From Octopus sinensis (Eukaryota): a stretch of DNA of 64,000 nucleotides. A program made the translations under genes and the position numbers. Below the pieces are notes generated by a model. The model was given only the letters and a program-made list of their open reading frames with translations. It was not told where the DNA came from and made no database searches. Shown here one piece after another: positions 13,166 through 24,849 of this stretch. The stretch spans positions 52,514,001 to 52,578,000 of the forward strand of contig NC_043003.1 in assembly GCF_006345805.1 (NCBI RefSeq). Direction: 5' to 3'. Position 1 is the stretch's first letter. Each line of letters opens with the position of its first letter.

Positions 13166-14623
13166 CTGAGAAATTATGAATTTTTTTCTGACAGCAATAA
13201 AAAGACAACTAATGCATTTTGTTAAAGGTTACAATTAATGCTCATGACAATTATCTATTTTCAAACATTCTATCTTCTTTAATAACTATCACATTATCAC
13301 TGTAGTGACCAAACTATTGGATGTTTTTGGACACACTGGGCATAGTGCACTTACTCATTTTGTTGTAATTTTTAAATGATACCACTCTGCTGGCTGGGTA
13401 GGCATGTGAACATTACTCTAGTACGGAATGCTAGTCTGTTGCAGGATTATTCATTTACAGTTGAGTGGACTGGAGCAATGTGAAATGAAGTGTTTTGCTC
13501 AAGAACACAATGCACCACTGGTCTGGGAATTGAAACTACAATCTTGAAATTGTGAGTGCAACACTAACTACTAGAACACACAACTTCACTTAGTGACTAT
13601 ACTTAGATAAGTTTTGGCCATTTGAATAGCCCATTTGAATAAAGAGTTATTATTTGCAGAGATATAACTGGGTATAGGTGGTTTATATGGAGTTTGCTGG
13701 AGATATTCATGCAGGAATCATTTGAAAGCTATAAGATCTTTTTTCTTCTGCTATGTATCTTGGCATGATGTTAAAGAGAGCAGGGCTAGTTGAGGCAAAA
13801 CAGTCCTGTCTTCATATTGTGATGTGATGCAAGCATGGTTTTTGTGGAGGACAGATGGCATGGGGACCAAGCCATGAGTGAATTTTAAAGTTGATGCTAA
13901 CATTTGCACAATGCTGTTGAAATATTTTCCAAATCATACAAATGATATCGCACACATTGGCACTGGTGGGAATAAAGTTTGAGCTTCTTAAGCTGATCCT
14001 AATAATCAAGACCTTTTATGTCATCTATTTTAGCTTTTGTGATTGATCTCCGGGGTGCTTCAATTTTTATATTTTGTTTTGTGTAAGAAGACCATGGCAG
14101 ACAACAGTATTCAAAGTGAAGATGGATGAAGGTGAAGAGGAAATTTACCTTTTGACTTACAGATTTAAAAAATAATTTTTTGTAACTAAACACTTTCAAA
14201 CTTTGGACACTGGTAGAATATGTCATATAAAACAACTTTTACTCTTAGCACTTTTGAGAAAGACTTATATTTACAAAGTTATTTCACGTAAAATTTCTCG
14301 TATTTCAGTAATTTCAACCAATTAATGACGTGTAATCAGCTGGATAAAATTACTGCTGTTGTTTGTCAACAAGAACTTCAGGCAGTATATTTCATTTGTC
14401 ACTGTTATTTATGACAACCCTAACCCTAACACCTTAAAACCAGTACAAATGCATGAATGATGTCACAACAAAGCAGACAACAGAGCTCAATGCTGTCCTC
14501 TAGCTCATTGGATCCTCTCAAACAATTCAATCCATGTCGTCATGAAAGACAGATGATGATGATGATGACATTAAGTTCCATGGTAACCACAAATTTAAAA
14601 TAAATTTTCTAATTATAAGATAC

Positions 14624-14774
14624 CTTTTGATACAATCTCTTTATAGTTTTGCTGCACCTTGTTATAAACTCTCTCAAGTGTTTCCTGTTGAATTCTTTTG
14701 TATTGTTCTTCTGCTTTACGCTCGTTATGACTTGACCGGAAAACAGCTCTTGATCCACTTACTTTTTCCATGTA
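14624..14774 (-). CDS. BRCA2: BRCA2 internal coding exon (tower domain)
   Basis: TTTTTAAG|TAC ... AAA G|GTATCT, 151 nt. Encodes YMEKVSGSRAVFRSSHNERKAEEQYKRIQQETLERVYNKVQQNYKEIVSK versus human [25 protein letters not shown]...QQKRLEALFTKIQEEF. Confidence 0.9.
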
Positions 14775-14999
14775 CTTAAAAAAAAAAAGAATTTCAAATG
14801 GATCATTTGCAATCTGGACAAAGATCTAAATAAATATATTGATACTTATGAACATATGTTTTAGTGTTTAACATACAATTTTTTTCTTTTCTCAATGTAT
14901 TTATCCTAGATCTTATAGAATGTGTTGGATAATATGTGTTTCCATATATATTTGACTGTATTATTCACAAGACCACTTTAGTTGCTTCATTGACATATA

Positions 15000-15915
15000 A
15001 CACCAAGGACAACTTAGTGAGGGCCACTGACCAAATTTATGATAGGTGCAAAGTCCCATCCAGACCTAAGGTGACATGGTGGTGGAACAGAATTGCAGAC
15101 AGAGCTATCAGAACAAAGAAACAGGCCTGGAAGGACTAGAAGAGTGGTGGTAGTAGAAAACAATATCAGGTCACTAGAAGGGAAGCTGAGAGATAGGTTT
15201 ATTTAGCTAGGGGAGAAACAGAAAGGAAGAAGTTTGCCAGTGTTCTGTGGTATGTGGACCAAAGGCTGGTGGTGTTTTGGCTTGCAAGACAGTGTGTCAG
15301 TGAAAATCATGATGCTGTAGGAGAGAGGCATGTTCACATTGATTCTGTATAGAAAGAGGCTTCAAAGTGCCACTATGAAAGGCTGTTAAATGAAGAGAAT
15401 GCATAGAAGGAAAGTCTCCAAAAGAGGGACCAGCTATCCAAATAGACGGTAGCTTGGTAGATAAAGCTATGAAGGATACAAAGACAAAAGACAAGGAAAT
15501 ACCCAACTCATCAGGAATCACTGCTGAGTTGCTTAAAATATCTGTCAAAGTGAGATATGGTCTAGTCACCCATATAATTAATCAAATTGTCCATGAGGGA
15601 GTCATACCAATGACTGGTGTAGCAGCATTATAGTCAACTGTTACAAAAGTAAAGTGACACCACAGGCAAAAATAATTATAGAGGTATCAAAGTGTTGGAC
15701 TAGATGATGAAAGTTACAGAGAGGGTCATAACCTAACTAATTAGGAAGAGAGTTAGCCTAGATGAGATGCAGTTTGGTTCTGTGGCAGGGAGAAGCACTA
15801 CTGATGCTATTTACCTGGTTAGGGAACTGTAGGAGCAGTATTTAACCAAAAATAAACCTCTGTACTTGGTTTTTATCAACATGGGGAAAGCTTTTGACAG
15901 GGTCCCCACTCCCTT
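15000..15915 (+). mobile_element. Degenerate internal fragment of the same RTE family as 60200-63180
   Basis: Nucleotide and broken-frame similarity: PKVTWWWN, GITAELLKIS, DWCSSIIVNCYK, QFG, KAFDRVP. Confidence 0.88.
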
Positions 15916-16606
15916 ATCTGGTGGAACATCTCTCTCCATCCTTTCAGTACTACTTATACACCCCACCATTGTTCCTACTGTTCCCCAATACATCTTCAAC
16001 ACCATCTATTTCTCTCTCTCCCACCTTCCTTGTCCTACTGGTGTAACTAAGTATCTTCTCTATAATAAGACAACTATCTCTGTCCCACCCCTGTCTATAA
16101 TACTTTAACCGCTCACCTGGTACACAACCACTTCTCTTGGTTCCACTAAATTTTTCAACTAAGAGGTCTGTCTTGAAAGTTACTTAGTGACTCTGCTGGT
16201 GGTAGTGCCATCTAAAATACATCTGTGACAGTGACATGTAAAAAGCACTTGTGCAGGTTCCACATAAAATGTACTTGTGCTGATGCCATGTAAAAAGCAC
16301 CCATGCTGGTACTATGTAAAGAGCAGCCAGCATACTCTGTAAAGTGGTTGGCATTAGGAAGGACAATCAGTCATAGAAGCCATGTCAAAACAGGCAACTG
16401 GAGCCTGTTGCAGCTCTCATGCTTGCCAGCACCTGTCAAACTATCCAACCCACGCCAACATGAAAAATGGACATTAAATGATGATGATAATGATGATAAT
16501 GGCAATATAAATGAGAAAAACAGGTAATGTATACCTTGCATAAATAGAATAACACACCATTACTTTCAATAAATTCCAAGACAGCACTGTGACAGATATA
16601 AACAAG

Positions 16607-16638
<32 letters not shown>

Positions 16639-16852
16639 TTAAATTTAATGAGAGGATATGTTAACCTCGCAAAGGGATGGTTGCATCCAAGGAAATTCTG
16701 GTTCAATACCTAATATTTTGGGGGAATGAAATTCACTTAAAACAATAGGTGCATATAAAGCATATAGTTTATATCCAGTTAAAAGAAGAAAAGAAAATGG
16801 AAATTAGGGAGTTAATAATTGTTTATTATTAACAAATTGGTCATCTTCGCTT

Positions 16853-16953
16853 CTTACAGGCATTTCAATTATTACTAAATAATTCAATTACAAATTTGTA
16901 CATTAAATTTACATTTATGTGACACGAGTATATATAATTTCATCAGAGGTAAG
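16853..16953 (-). ncRNA. Hammerhead relic in a (TA)n-flanked insert (~16633-17022)
   Basis: Minus strand CTTACCT-CTGATGA-AATTAT...ATAATT-GAAA-TGCCTG-TA-AG. Stem III is degenerate. Confidence 0.5.
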
Positions 16954-17014
16954 AAAGATGTACCTTTGGATGTTATATGTGGGCTTATCAGTTCAATTCA
17001 GCAGACTGGATATA

Positions 17015-17064
<50 letters not shown>

Positions 17065-17231
17065 CATATATTTCCATGAATAAGAAGACCTTTAGATAAG
17101 AGGAGGTCAAAATTTGTAAAAAAAATTTCATGAATTTATTTTATATCTGAAAAGAAGTAAATAGTTCGTGAACTGCAGTTTTAAGTTCATATTGCTTGTA
17201 TATAAAAATGAAAGGAAGGAAAATATTTTAC

Positions 17232-17411
17232 CATTATAGGATAGATTCGAGCTATAACAACATCAACCGAACCAATCAATCCACCATTTTGTTTTATATG
17301 GGAGATAGGGATGGCAAAAGGTCGAGGGTCACGCTGGTATCCCAATCTACTATTCCATTTAGCAGGGCGGCAGCAGTTCCCATTGACTTTCAGCTGAACT
17401 TGAGAATATGC
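17232..17411 (-). CDS. BRCA2: BRCA2 internal coding exon (OB1 end / OB2 start)
   Basis: TTTCATAG|GCA ... ATG|GTAAAA, 180 nt. Encodes AYSQVQLKVNGNCCRPAKWNSRLGYQRDPRPFAIPISHIKQNGGLIGSVDVVIARIYPIM versus human [54 protein letters not shown]. Confidence 0.95.
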
Positions 17412-18456
17412 CTATGAAATATATGTTAGTATAAGGAAACATTAAACATGATGGTTGAAGAAGTCTGGAATTCAGAGAAAAATAATGTAGATTAAATGTT
17501 TTAATGATAACTGTGATTCAGGTGGAAATGTTAATTAGGAACAATATATTTGTAGCTGCAGGCATGATTGTGTGGTAAGAAGCTTGCTTACCAACAACGT
17601 AGTTTTAGGTTCAATCCCACAATGTGGTACCTTCAGTGAATGTCTTCTTTTGTCAGTCCTGGGCTGTCCAAAGTCCACAGAAAGGATTTGGTACTCAGAA
17701 ACTGAAAGAAACCTATTATGGATCCCTAATTTACTATTTTGCTGTGTGGACCCCCAAAAATCTTATACTGATCCTAGTTGAGAACCACTGGGTTAGATGA
17801 ATACATATTGATGAAGTATTGCTTTACAGTTGGGTGCACTTCCTGTCACTAACCCTTGTTACTATCTCTTAGCCTTGACAACATATGAAGTCACGTGATG
17901 GGGAAATATTACCTTGCCTGGGAACAAGTGAGGGTTGGTGACAGGAAGGGCATCCAGAGTTGAAAATCAGCCTCAACAAAATTCTATCTGAACCATGTGA
18001 GCATGGAAAAATGGACATTTAATCAACGATAATAATAATAATAATAATAAAGGTTTCAAATTTTGCCACAAGGGCAGCATTTTAGAGGAGGGGATGAGTC
18101 AATTACATTGACCTCAATGTTTCACTGGTACATAATTTATCAACCCTGAAAGGATGAAAGGCAATAGTTGAACTTGGCAGAATTTGAACTCAGAACATAG
18201 TGACGGGTGAAATACCACTAAGCATGTCATCCAGCATGCTAATGATTTTTACCAGTTTACCACCTTAATGATAATAATAACGTGCAATATTTATGAAACA
18301 AGCAGAGGTAATTAAATAAAGGAATGTAACTCTGGGGTGTCAAATTATATCACAGAAGACTCAATCAATGACTGCAGTGAGTGATCATCCAAAAGATTAT
18401 TGGAAGTAAATTTGTTCCTTTTTATGTCCATTTTTCTAGGCTACTATGGGTTAAAA

Positions 18457-18772
18457 CAGGGGTTCTCAACCATTTTTTACCCATAGGCCCTTTAGATTAT
18501 TATTTTATTCCAGTGGACCCCATAACTATTCGATGTTAAAAAATTAGTTTTATAGAAACTTCTTTCAAAATTCCTATTTTATTTTAACACAAGTTGAACT
18601 GTGTGAAATGTTAGAGAAAGAAACTTATCTGTTTCTTGAAATATATTCCAATTCATACATCTAAAGCAAAATTTTTTCAGGAACCCTTAAAAAACTATTA
18701 TGGATCCCTAATTTACTATTTTGCTGTGTGGACCCCGCAAAATCTTATACTGACCCTAGTTGAGAACCACTG
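18457..18772. mobile_element. hAT (Charlie-like) MITE
   Basis: TIRs CAGGGGTTCTCAAC / GTTGAGAACCACTG; 8-bp flanks GGTTAAAA / GGTTAGAT. Confidence 0.75.
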
Positions 18773-20465
18773 GGTTAGATGAATACATATTGATGAAGTA
18801 TTGCTTTACAGTTGGGTGCACTTCCTGTCACTAACCCTTGCCTGTTTTTCAAGTAAGGGAGTTGTTGTTCATTCTATATATCTTTGCAAGTGCAGAGTCA
18901 TCAAGTGACTTACTGTTAGAGATGACAACGGCAGCACTGACTGTAATTCATCTAATCACAAATTGTACACATTCTCACAGACATGCAAATGCAGGCACAC
19001 CTACCCAACCAAAATGCATGCACACACATTTATTTACTGAGATTCATTGCAGTATTTATTCAAGTTGTAATTTCTGATTTGTTAAAATGTTTGTTTACAG
19101 TTTTTGTCCAGTTTTTAAATCATATAATTTTTAAGATGTTTATTTCAAAATTTAACTATAATATTTTAAAAGTAGATTTTGCTTTAAAACTATGAAGTTT
19201 GGCTGTATGGTTCAAAATTCCAGTACGTCTCCTTGGAGTATTAAGTCTGGTTGCTCTGCACAGCAACTTGAGCATCTTCTACTTATATTCTCAAGTTGAC
19301 AAATGCATTATGAGGGAAATTTGGTAGAAGGAACTTGTACAAAAACCTATGTGCATATGTATCTGCTCTTACATGTCTTCATATTGACATCTCTCAGCTG
19401 GCAGTAGTGATATTTATGTCTAACTTAAAGCACCTGTGCTGGTACCTCATTAACAGTACCTGTGCTGGTGCCATATTAAAAGCACCTGTACTGATGCCAT
19501 GTTAAAAGCATCCGTGCTAGTGCAACATAAAAACCACTCAGTACACTCTGTAAAGTGGCTGGTGTTATGAAGGGCATCCAACCGTAGAAACATGCCTAAA
19601 CAGACAACTGGAGCTAGATGTAGCTCTCAGTTTTGCCAGCTCTTAATGGACTGTCCAACACATGCCAGCAAGGAAAATGAATGTTAAATGATGATGATAT
19701 ATATACACAATAAGCTTTGTACAGCTTCCATTTACCAAATTCACTCACAGGGCATTGGAGAATAGTAAAAAAACAACAACAAAGAACAACAACAACAACA
19801 ATAAAAAAGAACTTGCTCAAAGTGCCATGTAGTGGGACTGAACCTGAAATCATATGGTTGCATGATGAACATCTTAACCACACAGTCATGCCTGTATCTA
19901 AATATGTTCTGTTATTGTATTGACTCAAAATAATGATGTGCTGGCTATGTTAATTCAAGAGATAGACAGTAGGTCAAGGAAACAAGAATTGAAAACATTA
20001 GATATTACTTGCAAGGTGTTTGGAAATGTATTATATTAAGAGATGTTAAGAAGTTCAGAAAAGACAACCAAATTCAATTTAGCTTTCTTTGTCTAAATCT
20101 AGCTCCATTCTCAGAAGATCAGATAAATGAAATATATAGTTAGCTCCTTGATTGCAGATCACTAGATCAGTTGTGACAACTAAAGCAAAAAAAAAAATAC
20201 TGTTATGTCTTGATAACAAGATAACTTGCGCTAAGAAAAGGTGTCCTTCTGTAAACTGTAACTTTCCTTACATAACATTTATATTATTGGTTTACATATT
20301 TAGTTAAAATTTCTTATACTGATGAGTCAAAAGACATTTTACAACTGCCATACAGGTGCAGGCGTGGTTGGGTGGCAAAGAGGTTTGCTCCTTCTAATAT
20401 AACACTGGGCTGATAAAAGCCTTGTTAAGCAGAAACTGAAAGAAGCATGTCATATCATATATATA

Positions 20466-21688
20466 CAGGGTGTGTAAGGTATTTGAGGACATACCTTTTT
20501 TGGGTCATTGCTGCATATTTTGCTAACTCTGTAATCTTTGTTTCAGAAAATAATAATGGCAGACCTTCAGCTTACTCAAGAAATGAAGAGGCATGCCGTT
20601 ATTGTGGTTACAAAAGCTGAGCATAGCGATTTAGAAATATTTCGATTTTTAAAAGTTGCCAGATCTTTCATATTTCATCAACAAAGTTTTCAAGGAACTA
20701 GAGACTGAAGATGGAAATGTATCACCAGCATCAAAGCATAAAAAAACATCCCAAATGCTCTGAAATCATCAAAACACTTGAATTTATCCAGCAAGTTCAA
20801 CAGACCATTGATTACAATCCCAGGAAGTCCATGGGGTCAATTGCAAAAGATCTCCATCTGCCAGAAGGAACAGCCCAGAAATGTTGTCCATGAAGACATA
20901 AGATATGAGTCTTATTTGATGAGGAAATGTCAATTTGTCAGAAAAAGTAAAAAATCAATCACTGTATCAGATCTAAAAGGTTCTTAAACAAACTGAAAAA
21001 TCCAGCAGATTTGATTTGGTTTTTCTTAAATGAGAAAAACTTCAACCAAGATCAAAAAGTTAACAGAAGAAATGAAAGATGGTTATGTGCCGACCCTTCT
21101 AAAGGTCCAAGTGTTATGCATATAAAATTTCCTGCAACTGTCTTGGTTTCAGGGGTTGTCAGCAATGATGGACATGTGATGCATCCTTACTTCTTTCCAC
21201 AAGGCCTTAGAGTTAACTCTGCCATCTACATTGAAGTCTGGGAAATAATTGTTAAGCTCTGGATAGACAATGTATGAATGAAATGTGTTTCACTAAGACT
21301 CTGCACTATCACACATGGCTCTAGTAACACAGGAATGGATGGCTGAAAATTTTCATGATCACATAACCCCAGATTTCAATCCAGTCGACTACTACATGTG
21401 GAGTGTTGTTGAGAGAGAGGCCAATGAATATGCCCATAACACCAAAGATTCTTTGAAAACTGCCATAGTCAGAGTTATGTCCAAAATGAACCAGGACCAC
21501 TTGATTCAAGCATGTAGATGATTTAGATCTCATATACTAGTTGAAGCTGAAGGTGGCTTTATTGAATAACATTATAGAAAAGAAGGTTTATTTTTATCCT
21601 CATAGCATTTTTTAATAAATAAAATTATGTTACTATATGTTTTTTTTTTATGAACATAAATCTGTCCTCAAATATCTTACACACCATG
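20466..21688 (+). mobile_element. Tc1/mariner-superfamily element (DD37D/maT-like), transposase pseudogene
   Basis: TIRs TA|CAGGGTGTGTAAGGTATTTGAGGACA and TGTCCTCAAATATCTTACACACCATG|TA. Broken frames read FFLNEKNF...NRRNERW, KFPATVLVSGVVSNDG...FFPQGLRVN and PDFNPVDYYMWS. Confidence 0.88.
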
Positions 21689-21698
21689 TATATATGAG

Positions 21699-22064
21699 GT
21701 AGTTTTTGTAAAGCCAGAACAAGGCAAGAAGGTACAAAGTTTACTAAAAAATGAAAAGAAAACAGAACGACTAAGTTGCAGCTTTACTTTGTATTTCTAT
21801 ATTTTGAAGTGAAGAATCCTTCTTCAGGACATTCCAAAAAGCAGTGGTTGGAAAAAGTTTGTTGCTCAAATGTGTTTTCCCTTCCCCTTACACACATTTA
21901 AGCAACAAACTTTTTCCAACCACCACTTTTCCAAATGTCCTGAAGAAGGGTTCTTCACCTCAAAATATAGAAATACAAAATAAAACTGCAATTTTGTTCT
22001 GTTTTCATCTCATTTTGTAGTTTACTTTGCACCTTCTCACATTGTTCTGACTTTACACAACTAC
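21699..22064. repeat. Fold-back inverted repeat (~175-bp arms) with a degenerate hammerhead-like motif in each arm
   Basis: 21699-21875 is the diverged reverse complement of 21892-22064. ATGTC-CTGAAGA-AGG...CAAAA-TATA-GAAAT occurs at 21940 (+) and 21827 (-). Confidence 0.8.
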
Positions 22065-22665
22065 ATCCTTTAATATATATATATATATATACATACGGAG
22101 AGTTTACGAAAAAAACAAAAGACGAAGACAGGTGGTGTACAAAACAAACAGATGTATTAGTATAATGCTCAGGAATAGAAAAAGTTTTTTACATTTCAAG
22201 CCTACGCTCTTCTACAGAAATGGACACAGAAAAAACAAGGAGAGAAAAAAAAATGTGTATAGTGGCTAATGATCTATCATGGCGACTAGTGCCGGACAGA
22301 AGGGTCAAACACAAGGAGGAAAGTAGGGGAGATAACAAGGTAAAGGTGCCCCCAACACAAAGGTGCATGTGTGTATAAGAGAGTATGTATGTGCGTGTGA
22401 AAGAGGGCTGGTGGATAAAACAATATGTAAATGTAAGATCCAAGAATCTAAGTGTAGCAAGTTAGTAAGCTTTGACCAGTCCGTAGAAGGTATAAAACCA
22501 ACTTTCAGGAACAACAGTAATTTATTGGTGAAAAGGTTGTAAATTTTTTCCATATTGACATTTGGTAAGCTGATAAAAGTTCTTTTATAGTTTAGAGTTG
22601 GCAACTAGGATCGCTATGTTTGTGAATAAAAATCCAAATTGAGGGAATGGAGCAGGTAAAATCCA

Positions 22666-22746
22666 GGCTACATGTTTCCTAGCTAGCAGAACTGCAGAAG
22701 TAATGATTATTCAACAAAGGGTACTCCACTAGCTGCTCATCAAGTT
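22666..22746 (-). ncRNA. Hammerhead relic (C3T)
   Basis: Minus strand TTGATGA-GC-AGCTAGTGGAG...TTCTGCTAGCT-AG-GAAA-CATG-TA. 11-bp stem II (with G-U pairs), palindromic ACATGT, GUA triplet; stem I is poor. Confidence 0.45.
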
Positions 22747-24849
22747 GAAGATACCTTAGTTAAATGAAGGTTACATTGTCACCAAGGGATCCTAAGTTAA
22801 CTCACAAATATACATAGGCATAGGAGTTGCTGTGTGGTAAGAAGCTTGCTTATGAACCACATGATTCGGGGTTCAGTCCCATTGTGTAGCACCTTGGGCA
22901 AGTGTTTTCTACTATAGCCTCAGACCGATCATAGCCTTGTGAATGGATTTGTTAGATGGAAACTGAAAGAAGCCCATCGTATATATGTTTATATATATAT
23001 ATGTATGTGTGTATATATGTGTGTCTGTGTTAGTCGCCCCAACATCACTTGACAACTGATGGTGGTGTGTTTACGTCCCCAGTTCGGCAAAAAAGACCGA
23101 TAGAATAAGTTCTAGGCTTACAAAGAATAAGTCCTAGGGTCAATTTGCTCCACTAAAGGTGGTGCTCCAGTATGGCCACAGTCAAATGACGGCAACAAGT
23201 AAAAAAGTAAAAGAAATTTGATCAAAAATGAGTGGAATGGACAGAGTGAGAGAACATATGTATGTATATATTTGTGTGTGTATGTGTGTGTGTCTTTGTT
23301 TTGTGTTTATCCCTTGCCCACCACTTGTCAACCAGTGTTGAGTTGTTTATGTCCCCATAACTTAGCGGTTCAGCGAAAGAGATGACAGAGATGGTACAAT
23401 ATGCTACGTAGACCAGTTGAAATTTTGTCATATCATGTGTGTCAATGTTCCACACATGCAGGGGTATTACTTCTGGAAAAATAACAGCTGAACTTACTCC
23501 ACAGCATAAATAGCAAGTTCCAAAGACAAATTTTAAGGGTTTCTCCATCAAAATATTCCAAATATTGAGAATAGTATTATTTCATTTTTATTACATATGA
23601 AACAAAACCAAACGATTGACATCATTTTGTAAAAATTAGATAACAATAAAACATTGGGGCCATTCTTGTATTTAGGTGATAGACTTAATCTATTATCTAG
23701 TATGACACTACTATCTTTGGCAGACTAGATCTCTAATCTGAGAGTATCCTACTCACTCTCTCATACTATTGTTGGAAACCATGAAAAAAGGTCAAGAGCA
23801 CTGCTCTTCCTCCTTTGACTAAGCCAAAAAAAAAAAAAAAATTAATAACTTCTTTAAAATATGCTTGTTTGCAGCATTCCCATGGTTATGACCTCAAAAG
23901 AAAAGTCTTCACTGTAGTTGCTAAAGCAGGGATGGATACATCTGTCATTCAGTGAAATTTAGAACAACACTGATGGTCATAATAACACCAATACATACAG
24001 AAATTATTAAAATAAGATTGAGTTATTAACTAACATTGTTTTTTGCAACTTCACAATTATTTCTATTTAACTTTTTGATGCTCCTTGTATTACACATGGT
24101 AACATTAACCATTTTGATACCAACCTGCCTAAAACTGCCCTTGGTCCTCTTCATCAAAATTTCCTGTTAATTTATGTTCATAATGCCAACTTAACAATGA
24201 CTATTTTTTTTATTAAATTATACATTACTTTAACAAAAGATGTGTATTTCAAAAGAAAGATGGGAACCAAAGGGTTAACTTAACTAAAACATATATATAT
24301 AATTTGCTTTCAACCCTATAACATGGTTAATTTATCAGATACTTGAGAAGTACATTTTTATTTATTTATTTTTTTTTTAATTATAATTTTGCTTCCTTGA
24401 TTGTTGTGCGTATTCATATTCTATATTATTTGTTTATTTATATGGAGCCCACAACCCACAATCAAGTCAATCTGTCAGGTAGAGCTATGAATAGATACTT
24501 ACACAGAAGAAATGAAAACTCCCTAAACATATCCATAAAAAGAAGTAACTCAAAATTAAAATTGACTTATTGTAGATAGGACACTTTAGTTTTACAGACA
24601 GCTTCTCAATTGCTGGTGGCATAATAAACACACTTAATCTTTGGCGTAAAGTGGTTTGTGATAGGAAAACTAACACTTATCATGCTGGTGTCCCATCTAA
24701 CCATCCTACAACACAGTAGTGGGATGGTTAGGTGGAAACATCTGAATAATATGCAAAAACTACTTGATTATCATCAAAAGGTCAGCTGCATCCTTCCAGG
24801 TACAAAAGAACACGCTCACTGTTGGATTCGTTTTTCTATCAGTTAAAAA

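Noticed and set aside
20319-20347. CTGATGA-GTC-AAAA-GAC as a hammerhead
   Set aside because: No GAAA follows stem II and there is no stem I partner.
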